Assembly (NCBI GenBank): GCA_964019335.1
Contig: OZ025688.1
Location: 62,001-126,000, forward strand
Origin: Diplonema japonicum
Lineage: Eukaryota > Protista > Euglenozoa: Diplonemea
Direction of reading: 5' to 3'
Length of the DNA stretch: 64,000 nucleotides
How positions within the stretch are numbered: the first letter of the stretch is position 1; every line of letters begins with the position of its first letter. Shown here piece after piece: positions 39,830-51,592 of this stretch. Under the pieces are notes generated by a model. That model searched no databases, had not been told where the DNA came from, and saw nothing but the letters and a program-made list of their open reading frames with translations. A program made the position numbers and the translations under genes.

Positions 39830-39830
<1 letters not shown>
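38565..39830 (+). CDS. Rieske [2Fe-2S] ferredoxin fused to FNR-type FAD/NAD(P) reductase
   Basis: CYHHG...CPWHG Rieske motif; PGQA, RRWTVV, GVASNWL, ISGGVGITPML, YVCGP, IHNESF reductase motifs; N-terminus MGNGC. Confidence 0.88.
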
Positions 39831-39860
<30 letters not shown>

Positions 39861-40212
39861 AAAAAAAAAATTGACGTGAGGGGGTCTGGGATATAAAAAA
39901 AAAGAAGGGGGTGCAAAAAAAAAAAAAGAAAAGAAAAATCCATGTAATCCAATGTGGCACCCTTCCTTTCTTGGAAAACGCGAAAAAAAAAAGGCTTTGC
40001 TTCTAGGCCCACGTCGTTTTTTTTTTTTCTTTTCTTTTTAACGGGGTGAGAATACACGGGCAACCAATGGTTACTGCATTTCTTCCTCCCCCCCTTTTTT
40101 TTACTTTGTGTTTTGCCCTCCCTTCTCATCATGTTTTACCACGATGCTCACCAGAGCCCCAAGGGACAGCGCACGGTGCCGAAGACCATGTGAAGGTGCT
40201 AATCTGAAAGTT

Positions 40213-40244
<32 letters not shown>

Positions 40245-41554
40245 CCTGGCTTCATCTCCCCTCCTCCCCCCTTTTTTTTTCTTGTAAAAATTGAGAGTTT
40301 TTTTTTATTGCCGCAAAAAAAAAAAAAAAAAAAAAAGAGAGGGAGAAAGATGTGTACGATTTCTCTACTTTTTTTCCCTCTCCAATTAGGTCAGTCCCCC
40401 CCCCTCCCCCTTTTTTTCCTTCTCCGAAAGGTCGGTCTTGAACAGAAAGGAAGAGAACGTTGAAGAAGAGAGGGGGGGGGGGGGGGGAGATGTGTGACAA
40501 TGAAATGTTGTGCCCTACCTACGCTTTTCTCCTTTTTTTTTTTCTTCCAGGGGCAGCAAGACTTTCTGGCCTTCAGGTCCAAGGTGGTTAACGACACCTC
40601 CCCTCAAGCGAGAGTTGAACTGATCTCATCACCCTGACATGGGGTCCTTTAAAATGTCGGACAAAGTTGCGAAGGGTTTGCACCCCTAGCCTCCAGGCCT
40701 GCAGTTAAAGGATGTCATTGGCTGCTGGAGACGGTCCCTTTTTTTTTTCCCATGTCTCTCACTTCCTCTTTATAGCCCTGTTTTCACCGTTTTTAGAGCC
40801 AACACGAAGTCTGCACTCTTATGCAAAACGAGACCAAGGGTAGGGTAACGGACCTAGTTTACCAGGAGGTTAGCTGAGGTAACCGGTCAGTATTGCCAAA
40901 TAAGTGCGGTTTATTAAATTAAATCTAAAATTTTGCATTTTTTTTTTTAAGCACGGTTTGAAAATAAAGAAGAAAAAAAAAAAAAAAAAAAGAGAGAGAG
41001 AAAAAAAAGGGGGTATTTTTTTTTTTTTTTTTTTTTTTTCCTTTTTTTTTTGTTTGTTTGGAACTGGGCTTTACCTGGCTTCCACAAGGACAGGGTGCCG
41101 CCACCATTGGCCTCCTTTATCTCTTAATTTGTTTTTTTTTTTTTTTTTTTTTGGAAGCACAACAAATTACACTTATATGAGGAGTTTCTCATACAATAAA
41201 ACATAAATGACTTTTTATCTAGTGAGTCATTTCAAAGTGCTGTGCCAGGGTGACGAGTGCGAGAGGTGTGCCCAATGCTTGGCTACAAACACCCTACCCT
41301 ACTTAGGGTTCGCTTGGAGCCGACCGTGGCCGAGCACCGTTTGATTTATGTTGCCTTTATTTACTCAAGCTACGGCAGAAACTTCGTTTTCCCTTTCTTC
41401 TCCTTTTCTTCCTTGTCCATTCATGTTTCTGCGACAACAAAAATTAAAAAAAAAAAAAAAAATGAAAATAAAAAGAGAAACAATCACCTGGACGACAAAA
41501 CTGGCTATATCGAAGGTATATTTCTTTTTTTCCCTTTTTTCTTTCTTTTTTTTT

Positions 41555-41595
41555 AGGCGATCCTGTCACATACTGCAGGTTCCCTTCAAAGACAT
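41555..41595. repeat. 41-nt dispersed repeat, copy 1
   Basis: AGGCGATCCTGTCACATACTGCAGGTTCCCTTCAAAGACAT; 40/41 identical to 62939-62979. Confidence 0.9.
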
Positions 41596-41634
41596 CTTTT
41601 TTTTCCCTTGCTTCCCTTCTTGCAGTAATGCGCC

Positions 41635-41668
<34 letters not shown>

Positions 41669-41857
41669 CAACTGTGCACAACCGGGGGGGAAAAGAAGGG
41701 GGAAAAAAAAAAAGACTTTTTTTTTATTTGCACCATAATGCAGTTTTTTTTTCTTTTTTTTCTAGTGGGTTTGCACTTTTTCTTCTTTCTTCTTTTATGC
41801 CCTCCTTTTTTTTTAAGTAAACCGAATTTTTAAGATCGGAGGTCTTTTTTTTTTTTT

Positions 41858-42597
41858 TTATTTCACTCTTCAGAAATTACTTCACGCACTGGGGGGCCCA
41901 TTACTTCACGCTAAATCTCATTACTTCACGGTGAAATAATGGCCTGTTTTCCGTGAAGTAATAGGGGGTTTCCGTTAAATAATATGCCTCGGTAGGCCAA
42001 TTTTTGCCTCGGTTCGGTTCCCAGTGGGGCTACTTTTTCCTCTCAGTTTGCTATTTCCCCCCAGGTTCAGCTCAATTGGCCAACTTTAGCCTCGGCTCAG
42101 TTCCAAGTTACTTTTTCCTCCCAATTTGCCCACTTTTGGCTAGGCCTTGTTCCCAGTTTCTGTGGGTAACTCTTCTGTGGGTAAGGGTAACTTAGTCAGC
42201 TTACCCAAGCACCCCAAATGACTTCAAAATACCGAAGCAGCAGAAAAAAAGGAGCCAGCGGCCGCGCTAGGTATGGGAAGGCCTGATTAGAGATGGTGAC
42301 AGTGGCAATGCCAGCGACAGCGGCAGCTCTTAGTCAACAAAAGGAGGGAAAACAACTTGTATTGTAACCTTTGTAACCCCTCTCTTGTTGTACCCCTTGT
42401 CACCCTGTTGTGCCCCTCGTGGTGAAGTAATTTCTGAGTGTCGTGAAATAAAACCACTTACCTACCGCCAAGTAATGCTTTACCCACCTCTCGGTTCCGC
42501 ATTTTACCATCTCGGGCCCTGCGGGCCCTCGACGGTAAAATGCGGAACCTCGAGGTAACGGTAAAGTCATTACTTGTTGGCAGTAAATAGCTATTAT
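41858..42597 (+). mobile_element. Hairpin-ended non-autonomous element A (Crypton-like architecture)
   Basis: Left IR 41858-41885 matches inverted 42422-42452; ATTACTTCAC iterons in both orientations 41875-41985; ~140-nt hairpin 42455-42592 with apex CTCGGGCCCTGCGGGCCCTCG (42511-42531); ends shared with element B. Confidence 0.75.
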
Positions 42598-42679
42598 TAC
42601 CGTATTTCAAAGTACCAAGTTTTGAAAGGCCTTAAATTCAAGTTTTCAAATAAACCGAAGCAAATTATAAAGTACGGTA
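42598..42679. mobile_element. Possible tiny Tc1/mariner(pogo)-type MITE remnant
   Basis: TA|CCGTATTTC ... TAAAGTACGG|TA: imperfect TIR with TA flanks; a lone TACCGTATTTCAA also occurs near 53898. Confidence 0.35.
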
Positions 42680-43012
42680 TTTTAAAAAATGTTGTTACTA
42701 ATTCTACCCAGCATGCTGAATATCATGCTGTCTGCTAGTCAACTTGGGATGATTTAAGAGCAAATCAGCTCACAGGCCTCTCAACAATCCCAGCGATAGC
42801 AAACCCATATCGCATAATCTGCCAATGAAAAAAAAAAAAAAAAAAAATGGAAAAAAAAAAGGTCCTATCCTAATATACGGGCATATATACAGAGTATTAT
42901 TTTTTTTTTTTTGTTTTGCTCTTTTTTTATTTTTCTTTTTATTCACTTTTTTATTTTATTTTTTTTTTTGCCTGATAATTGTCGGCCATTGTTTTGACTT
43001 TGGGCAACAACA

Positions 43013-43058
<46 letters not shown>

Positions 43059-43124
43059 CTTTTTTTTTATTCATATCTCTTGCTATTTGAATTGAAGCGG
43101 GGAAAAAAAAAAAAAAAAAAAAAA

Positions 43125-43865
43125 ATGATCGACTGTCATGCCCATTTAACAAGCGAAGTATTCCGCATCAACCTAGACGAGGTGCTGGCCAGATCGGCGA
43201 TGGCTGGCGTAGAAAAAATAGTAGCGGTCTCCGAAGACCCCGACGACGCAAAAAGTGTTTTACAAATGGTGAAGGAGCGGAGCGAAGTCCTTGGTTGTGT
43301 AGGCCTCCACCCGGAAAATGTACCTGCAGATGCTTGGAGCGCGGAAGACACCACAGACAAGGTTTTAAAGCTGCTGGAGGATAACAAAGAATGGCTCGTT
43401 GGCGTAGGCGAAGTGGGGCTTGACTTCACAAAGCATGTAGAAGCATCTCGCGAGCTCCAAACCCGTTGCTTCGAAAGGCAGATTGAAAAGGCCGTAGCAC
43501 TGAACCTCCCCTTAAACGTGCACTCTCGTCAAGCAGGGCATTATGCAATCCAATCGTTGCAAAAGCACTGCACAGTCACAGCGCTTCTCCATGCATTTGA
43601 CGGGAAGCCGTCGTACGCAAAGGGCACTTCGTTTTTTTACAGTGTACCTGCGTGTGGCAGCAGGCTCATCCCACACCTACCTCTCTCTTCATTGGTGCTT
43701 GAGTCGGACTCCCCCGCCCTCCACCCCGAGGGAAAGGAGCATGTTAACTTTCCAGAGAACATCTCTATCTCAGTCAACCTAATTGCTGCGGGAAAAGACA
43801 TCCCAAATGAACAGGTTGTGAAGGAGACCACCGCGAACGCGCGTAAATTGTTCAATTTACATTAA
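43125..43865 (+). CDS. TATDN3: TatD-family DNase (TATDN3-like)
   Basis: MIDCHAHL, GLHPE, GEVGLDF, LPLNVHSR, LHAFDG, LVLESDSP; true start after a 22-A leader. Confidence 0.9.
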   Translation: MIDCHAHLTSEVFRINLDEVLARSAMAGVEKIVAVSEDPDDAKSVLQMVKERSEVLGCVGLHPENVPADAWSAEDTTDKVLKLLEDNKEWLVGVGEVGLDFTKHVEASRELQTRCFERQIEKAVALNLPLNVHSRQAGHYAIQSLQKHCTVTALLHAFDGKPSYAKGTSFFYSVPACGSRLIPHLPLSSLVLESDSPALHPEGKEHVNFPENISISVNLIAAGKDIPNEQVVKETTANARKLFNLH

Positions 43866-44069
43866 ACTTTTTTTTTTCTTTTTTTTTGTGTTGTTAAAAA
43901 AAAGGAGGAAAAAAAAAAAAAAAAAAAAAAAAAAAACACCACAGGAGGGGCAGCGCCTTTTTTTCTTTTTTTTTTTTTTTTGCTTCTTCCCTTCTCCTTT
44001 TTTCTTCTTTAATCTATTACAATAGAGAGAAAGGAATTACTGGATGGATCTGAAAGCGTGCCAAATACG

Positions 44070-47000
44070 ATGAGCGGCAGTGACAGCGGCGGGGCTGTTT
44101 CAAAAAGTGATTCCTTCGCCGCGTCCAGCGAGAGTGTGAACAGCTCACCGTCTACGCCCACACCTCCTTCTGGGGGCGTCTTTCGGGGGATATCTAATGC
44201 CGGCAACTACAAACCCGCCAAGCTGAGTCTAGTACGCCAGGCCTCGAGCGCAGAGAATCTTCTCCTGCCCTCCACGCCTGACGGGAGCAAAGCGGGACAC
44301 GGCCACTACGTCCCAAGGTGGGTACAGCGTTATATTGCAGGGCTTTCTGACCGTGATGAGCTCGACAACTACAAGGTGGAGCTAGATGCTGCTGTCATGT
44401 GTGTGGACATTGTCGGTTTCACTGCATTGACAGGCCTTCTCAGCACATCTAGTTCTGCAGAAGGTGCGGAACACGTCTCACAGGTTTTGAACGCATACTT
44501 CGGAAGAGTGCTGGAGGTCATCGAGAGCTTCGACGGCGATGTCATTCAGTTCTCAGGCGACGCGCTCATGATCATCTTCAACCACCAGAACGATATCGAC
44601 TCGAACTCCCTTGTCTGCATCAAGTGCGCGCAGGCAATCTGCCACACCGTCGAGGCCGCCACTGTGAACCTCCTCGGCCAGCAGATCGACATCTCTCTCA
44701 AGCTTGGCGTCGCATCCGGTCCTGTGACTTTGATGATCTCAGGCGGTTACAAAGGCCGTTGGATTTCCTTAGCCGGCGGTGATGCTTGGAATAGCACCAC
44801 CTTCGCGTGTGACGACTGCCCTCCCTCCCACATCGTCGTTCACACCTCAGCTTCGAGGCATCTTAGACGGAAAGGTGTCATGGACGGTTCCAACTGTGGG
44901 GGGAAGACTACACTCCCCTCTAAGTCGGTTCTTTTGATGCCCCCTTTCGCAGCTGTCACCAAGATACCCTCAAGACAGCCCGCCACTGAGCTTTCGGAAG
45001 ATGCGAAGTTGATGCTGCGGTCGTTCCTCCCTCGCGGGGTTCTCAAGCAGCAGCGAAACGAGCTGCGCAGCGTGGTCACCATCTTCGTGAAATTCTGCGA
45101 CATCAACGGACCCACCGCAGCGAACACTGAAAACCTGTACAGCATAAGCACCCACGTCCAAAAGAGCTGCCATAAGTTCGGTGCCTTCCTGAACAAGGTG
45201 ATGTTTGACGACAAGGGCCTGCTGGCACTCATCTGCTTCGGTGTTCCGCAATACGTGCACGCCGACGACACAGAAAGGGGCTGCCTTCTGTCTGCAGAAC
45301 TCGTACGGCAACTGCAATCCATCACAAAGGTTGTCATCGGCATCACAAGAAGCAGGGTGTACTGCGGTGAGTTGGGCAATGTCTACCGTGGGGAGTACAC
45401 AGTGCTTGGTGACAGCGTGAACCTTGCGTGCCGGCTGATGTCCTACGCATCGGGGCTCGACGAGGGGTCGTGCATCGTTGCCGACGACACTGTGCACCAA
45501 GAGACTAAGGATGTGTTCCTGTTCAAAGCAGTCAACTCTATCAACGTGAAAGGGAAGAGTGAAGAGATCACCGCCGCGATCCTCGACTTGAAAGCACTGA
45601 ATGCCAACCTGTCACAAGAAAACATCCTCTCGCCACGGTCATCTGCCTCGTCGCGTTTCTCGAAGAACAGTCCCATGTCGCTGCGGTCACGTGCTTCCGG
45701 CGACTCGGGCACCTCTAGCATGAAGCTCTCCAGACGGCTCCGCACTGTCGGGTCTACCAACGAGATGTGGAACTACACAGCAACTCATAACACCTCCCCA
45801 GAAGTGCGCGCAGCAGCACCCCCCCGAGACAGGCGTGCCTCGTTGGTGCGGCTCCGCACCTCACGTCACAGCATAAGGACCAACACGGCCTCGCTGCCCC
45901 GAGACGACCACCCGAACGGCCGAACGAAGACCATCGTCGGCAGGGAACTCGAGACCGACCAGTTCCTGGGCTTCGTTAGCGACTTCCACCTACAAACGGG
46001 AAAGAACAAAGTCAACTCTACAACACCCGCAGCCGCCTACTTCATAATAGAGGGCATCAAGGGAAGCGGGAAATCTGCGTACATCCGGAACTGCGCACAG
46101 GACATACCACAAGAGTCTGTCCTCGTCACGATGGTGGAAGGGATGCAGAAGTACCAGTACAGCACAGTGACGCAGCTGCTGAAGGTCTTGATGGGGATGC
46201 ATGAAGACGGCTCGTCGCCTATCGGCGCTGCGTGGCTGCGGGAGGTGGTCGGCGAACACGAGATGTTCGAGCCGCTGACCGGCGTGGTCGAGAGGATCCT
46301 GCCTGGCGTCTTCCCAAAGACGGCCAGCGTAGGGAAGAAGAGCGTGGTGTCAGGTGATTTGGTACGAGAACTGCTTGAGATCTGCTTCACAGAGCACAGC
46401 CACAGCAACGGGGGGCAGGTGGTGTGCCTCATGGTAGACGACTTCCAATACATGGACCCCTACTCGATGGGTGTGTTGATGGACCTCATGGACTCCATGG
46501 CGGGCAAGGAGGTATCGCTTTGCATGGCTCTGACCGTTGCATCGTGCGACGGTGACGTTGCGTCGAAGGGCTCCTCCGTGCACTCTGCCGACAGTGATGA
46601 AGCTGCCGGGGTGGTGTCCAAGATTAAATCCAAGCCACACTTGCACATCGAGCTTGAAGGGCTGTCACGCGACGCTGCCATCGAACACTACAAACAGTTT
46701 CTGCAGGCGAGCACTATCGACATGAGCCTTGCAGACGTTGTGTACCAGCACTCAGAAGGACTGCCTTTCATGGCCGAGCTCGTGCTCAACAGTCTTGTGG
46801 ATCAGGACTACCTGGCCTGCAACGCCGAAGGCGAGGCGACCCTTCTGAAGCACGACATCGACCTGAGCGACTTCATGGCAGGCCTCACGGGCATTGAATC
46901 CGAGATCCTGAAGAGGCTCGATACACTGGTGCTGAAGATGGGCGATTCCGTCAGCAGCTTCATGAAAACTGTCTGCGTGATGGGCGTCAACCTCGACACA

Positions 47001-49037
47001 AGAGTGCTGCGCGGGATCTTCCGCTCGGAGCGGTCTATCGGTTCTGTGCATTCCATGTGCTCGGAGCTTGTGAAGCGAAAGATCTTCACGAGGAGAGATC
47101 AGTCGGGTGTCATTAACTACACCTTCAGGTCGGCGATGTTTCCGAAGGTGCAGTACAACAACATGCTGATCTCTGAGCGGAAGGAGGCGCACATGAAAGT
47201 GGCGTGCGCGATGGAGGAACTGCAGGAGGAGATCTCGATCGACAGCACAACCGTCGCGACACACTTCTACAACGCAGAGCTCTACGAAGAGGCGCTCATG
47301 TGGTTCACACAGGCGCTCGAGGTGGCGTTGGACTCCGACAACTTCCAGCTCATCCGCACGCTTCTCAACCACTGCATCAACACTGCCACCCAACTCAGCA
47401 AGGGAGGCACCATGATAACTACTGTTACCCCCGCCACCGACCCTATTGTGCCCCTCCCAGGCACCGTTGCAGCCGCAGACAAGTACTCCGCTTCGGAGGG
47501 CACAATGCAGGTCCCGACGGCAGTGAACGGGATGCAGATCCACCTCTGGAAGCAGCTGTTGGTAGACACCGAGGTCACGCTTGGCAACCTGAAACACTCC
47601 AAACGCCTGGTCAGCGACTGGTGCGGGGTGGCACCCGATGTTATCCCCAGCCTTGCCTTGGATGAGGAAAAGAAGGTTTCTAAGTTATTCGGGTGGTGCT
47701 GCAAACCGCAGTACACACCAATAGCAGACGGCTCTGCCATCGGGGAGTACATGACAGGGCTCGACTTGGCGGTGCTGTCGAATGACGGGAACCTGTTCCT
47801 TGTGCTGTCGGGATCGCTGATGAGGGACAAGATGGCCTCCTGCAAGGACCCCACACTGCTGATGATGAGCCATGCAGTAGCGAGCCTGAGGGAGCTGATC
47901 CTGGGACGGCGGAAAGAGGCAGAGGCGCAATGGGCGAAAGTGAAGAAGGTACCGCACATGGTGACACTACCCATGCTGATGTGCTTCGCGTCCTTCGGGA
48001 CAGGGTTTGTCGAGGACACATTCAAGGCGGACGGGCAGCGTGTGCAAGGCTACTCGTCGGCTGCGAGTTCTCGCGTGAACCTCATGGGGCTACTGTTGAG
48101 GGTGATGAGCGGGCATCTAGAGGGCAACGCGGCGTCCGTTGTTGGAGTCCTGGACACAGCACTGCACACCAGCAGGAAAGTGAGAAACAGACCGCTGTTC
48201 TTAAAATGCGTTCTGATGGGACGTGTCTTGAAGCTGACGTACGAGCTCAGCGACACAGCCCCACGCAGTGTGACCAACTCCGACGACCTGCTGTACATGG
48301 TGAAGGAGGACGAGTGGAACCATTCAGCAGACGACACCGTCATGTGCATGGCGTACGCTGTCTGTGCTGCTGAGCCCATCATGGGCTCCCCTCTCAAAAG
48401 GCGCAAGCCTTCGCGAACAGACCTTGACAGGGACCCCGTTACCCTCATACAGGCTGCACTTAAACACCTAAACGCCTCCAAGCGTGCGTCTCTCCACCCC
48501 ATACTGGTACCGTGCATCATCCTCCTTGTGGATGTTGTTATGTGGTCCGTTAAGGACGGCAACCTTCAGAGTCAGCAGGTGTGATTGGATAAATAAATTT
48601 AAAAAAAAAAAATAATAATAATAATAAAAGGGTATTTCCTTTCTCAATCAACTACGTGCGCCTGCTGAGTGCATCACTGCTATTTTCCATGAGTGGGGCA
48701 CCGCTGCACGTGTGATTATTCTTACTGCCATCGCGAGTCTTGGTATAAGGGAGGGGGAAAAAAAGAAGAAAAAAAAAAAAAAAACACGCAGACTCCTCGC
48801 AACCTGTACACAAGACAATTATGAGGGAAGCCGTTAGGACCACTGAAAAGTGGCCGCTATTGCATCACAGGCTGCTTCAGTGGGGAGAGGGTGATGAATC
48901 CAAGGTAGTGTTGGAGGGGGAAAAAAAAAAAAAAAAAAAAAAAAAAACAGGCAGCAACTTATGGTAAGGGGTACAAAATGAGCATCCCTACACAAAATGC
49001 CTTGAGATCCTCTCTGAATGCAGGGCTTCATGAATAA
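44070..49037 (+). CDS. Soluble-type adenylyl cyclase (ADCY10-like: two class III domains + P-loop/STAND + helical tail), ~1,606 aa; exons 44070-48578, 48631-48742, 48792-48904, 48951-49037
   Basis: VDIVGFT, FSGDAL, VTIFVKF, MFDDKG, EYTVLGDSVNLACRLM, IVGRE, GIKGSGKS, VDDFQYMD. Three GT-AG introns extend the ORF in frame to TAA 49035-49037. Confidence 0.9.
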
Positions 49038-51438
49038 AGAAAAATTAACTATGATTATAAAAGAATGATATTCCATCAACTGGTTGATTAAGGAAGAAAG
49101 AAAAAAAAAGATTTTTTTTTTTTTTTAATGTTCAGAGGAAAGAATGGCCCCAGTGACACCGACTGTCATTTGGGTATTTCTTTTTTTTTTTCTCTTTTTT
49201 TTTTTCTCTTTTTTTTTCCCCCCTGGTGGGTGGGACTAACGCCGTATTTTATTCACAATTTTTTTTTAAAGAGAAAATAAAAAAGTATTCAGCTCCCAAG
49301 GCTGGGTGGAGGGCGCTTTTCTATCCATCATAGTTTTTTGTCCCTCTTCCACCCCTCCCCCATCACTCAAACAAACAAAAAAAAAAAAGAAGAAAAAGAA
49401 GACCAAATCACATTTTTTATTTCTAAAGAAAAAAAAAAAGAAGAAAAAAAAAAAGGAGGGGGATGAAATAAAGAAAAGTCGATGAGGGAGAAAAAAGTTA
49501 GAATTATGGAGGGGGGGGAGAGGCCGTTGGTGGTGTTAAAGGAATAGATCTTTTCAGGTCAGTTGTCCTTTCCTTTTTTTTTCCTCTCTCTTTTCCTTTT
49601 CTTTTTTCTCTCTCTTTTTTTTTTCTTCTTTTCTTCTACTACACAAAAAAAAAAAATAACAACAACAATAATCAATCAAAGAAAATGAAAAGTAAAAATA
49701 TCAAAAAAAAATCGATTTTTTTTTTACCGGCTACGTTATCCATCTTTTTTTATTGTTCTCAACAATGTTTTAAAAAAAAAAACTTTTTTAATCCCGGGTA
49801 AATGTGTGTTCTTATTCCTCGGTGGTGTGGTGAGGTGAGGTTGTTGCTTAACTTCTCCTCATGTTTTCTCCCCCCCCCTCTTTTATTTTGATAAATTTCT
49901 TTTATATTTTTTTTTCCCATAAATAAAACTTTGCACAAAATGCACATTTGGAAAAGACACAAAAACACACTTTTTTTTTGTTTACGAAAGGAAACTTCCT
50001 TTTTTATGATCTTCGAGGAATTAAAAAGTCATCTCAACCAATGGTAACTCCCCCTCCCCTTTTTTTTCTTTTTCTCTTTCCCCTAAGGTCCGGTTTATTC
50101 ATGCCCCCCCCCCCCCCCCCCCCATCTCTCTGTTTCCACATTATTCAGGTTTTTTTTTTCCCACTATTCTATCTTCTTCGTAATAATCTTTTTTTTTTTC
50201 TTTTTTTCGCCCTCTTCCATCTAGAAAAAAATGGGGGGAGACACACTTGAACGGATTTGGGAAAAAAAAAAAAAAAAAAAAAAAAAACACAAAGCTAAGT
50301 GTTTCGTGTTTTTTTTTTCCCCATCCAGAAGGTGTATGTGTGTGTTTTCTTTTTATTCTGTTATCCCCCCCCATCTTTTTTTAAAGAAAAAAAAACTATA
50401 ATGAAAAAGCACGAAAGGTAGACTTGGGGGGGGGAGAAAAAAATAGGGGTTGTTGCAATAAACTGCTGCCTTATATTTATATTCATCCTCATCCCCCCTC
50501 CCCAAAGCGGTTTATTTTCCTTTATCTATCTTTGTGTTTTCTTCTTCTTCTTCTTTTGTGCATGGTAGAACTTTTCGATAAGTGCAAAAAAAAAAAAAAA
50601 AAAAAAAGAAAAAAAAAAGTAAACAATATGGAGGAGGGATATTATCGAGAAAGGGGAAAAAAAAAAGTAACTAAAAAATTGTTCTATATATGGCCCCCCC
50701 TTTCCCTATAACGGGGGGGAGAGTGTACTTTTTTTTGTTTTTTTTTTTTTATTCCTCCTGCTCGTTTTTTATTTTTTCGTTTTTTTTTTTATTTTATACC
50801 TAAACATCACATTTCAATGGGAAAAAAAAAAAAAAAAAAAATTGTCCCTCGTTTTTTGGCAAAGCGCAGGCAAGGAAAATTCAGGAGGGGTATGTTACCC
50901 CCCCCCTTTTTGCTAGTTCAGTTTTGGCAAAGCACAGGTATCAAGGTCAAGGAGGGGCGGAAAGCGCTACTTTCTCCCCCCTTGTTGACACCGTGAGATG
51001 CAAGCCTAACTACCAAGTAGGCCTACGAAAAAAGGGAAATAAAAAATAGAAAATAAAAATAAGAACGAAACAATGGCTCCAATCAAAAAAAAGAAAGAAA
51101 GAAAGAAAGAAGAAAGAATCTTTTTTAAGAAAAAAGAAACTCTCAAAAAAAAAAAAGGAGGGGGAAAAAGAGAGGGGGCGCAATTTCTCTCGCGTCCTTA
51201 CCGCCCCACCCGCAGTTGCCAGTTTTTTTTCTCTTTTTTTCTCTCTTTTTTTTTTTCTTTTGCTATTTTAAAGAATGAAGTTGCGAAAAAGAAAAGAAAA
51301 ATCAAGAAAAAAAAAACAATTTAAAAATTTTTTTTTTTTGAGTTGTTTTAAATAAATCAAAGGACCATGAAAAAAAAAAAAAAACTTTCAGAATTTGCTT
51401 AGGTCTTTTTTATTTTTTACAACTTGAAAAAAAAAAAA

Positions 51439-51592
51439 CTATTTATTTAGTGAAAATAAGATCGTATGCTTTTCACGCGTGGTGGCAGTGGTTTAACGAG
51501 CGAAGCGAGTGAAGTAGACGCCAACAAGTTAAACATGCCACCACAAGTGAAAATCGGATCTATATTTTTCACTAAATCCGTTGCTTTATTTA
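51439..51592 (-). mobile_element. Hairpin end of related element C
   Basis: Inverted repeat TTTAGTGAAAATAAGATC..TTTCAC..GTGGTGGCA..TTTAAC / GTTAAAC.TGCCACCAC..GTGAAAA..GATCTATATTTTTCACTAAA with apex CGAGCGAAGCGAG (51497-51509). Flanks CTATTTATT and G(C)TTTATT match the reverse complement of the A/B hairpin flanks. Confidence 0.65.

Noticed and set aside
38565-39856. Rieske-FNR gene as a processed retrocopy
   Set aside because: A-tracts are ubiquitous in this genome, there is no SL remnant or credible target-site duplication, and many neighbours are also intronless.
40130-40210. C/D box snoRNA
   Set aside because: Ends in CTGA, but no convincing RTGATGA box C or terminal stem was found.
41230-41270. 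Ingi/L1Tc 77-bp signature (GTGCCAGGGT)
   Set aside because: Only ~10 nt match; the rest of the signature and the ribozyme pairing are not evident.
41555-41595. Spliced-leader exon or HECT-domain fragment (minus strand YLQYVTGSP)
   Set aside because: Lacks the TTTCTGTACT-type SL core; the peptide similarity is 9 aa with no flanking ORF.
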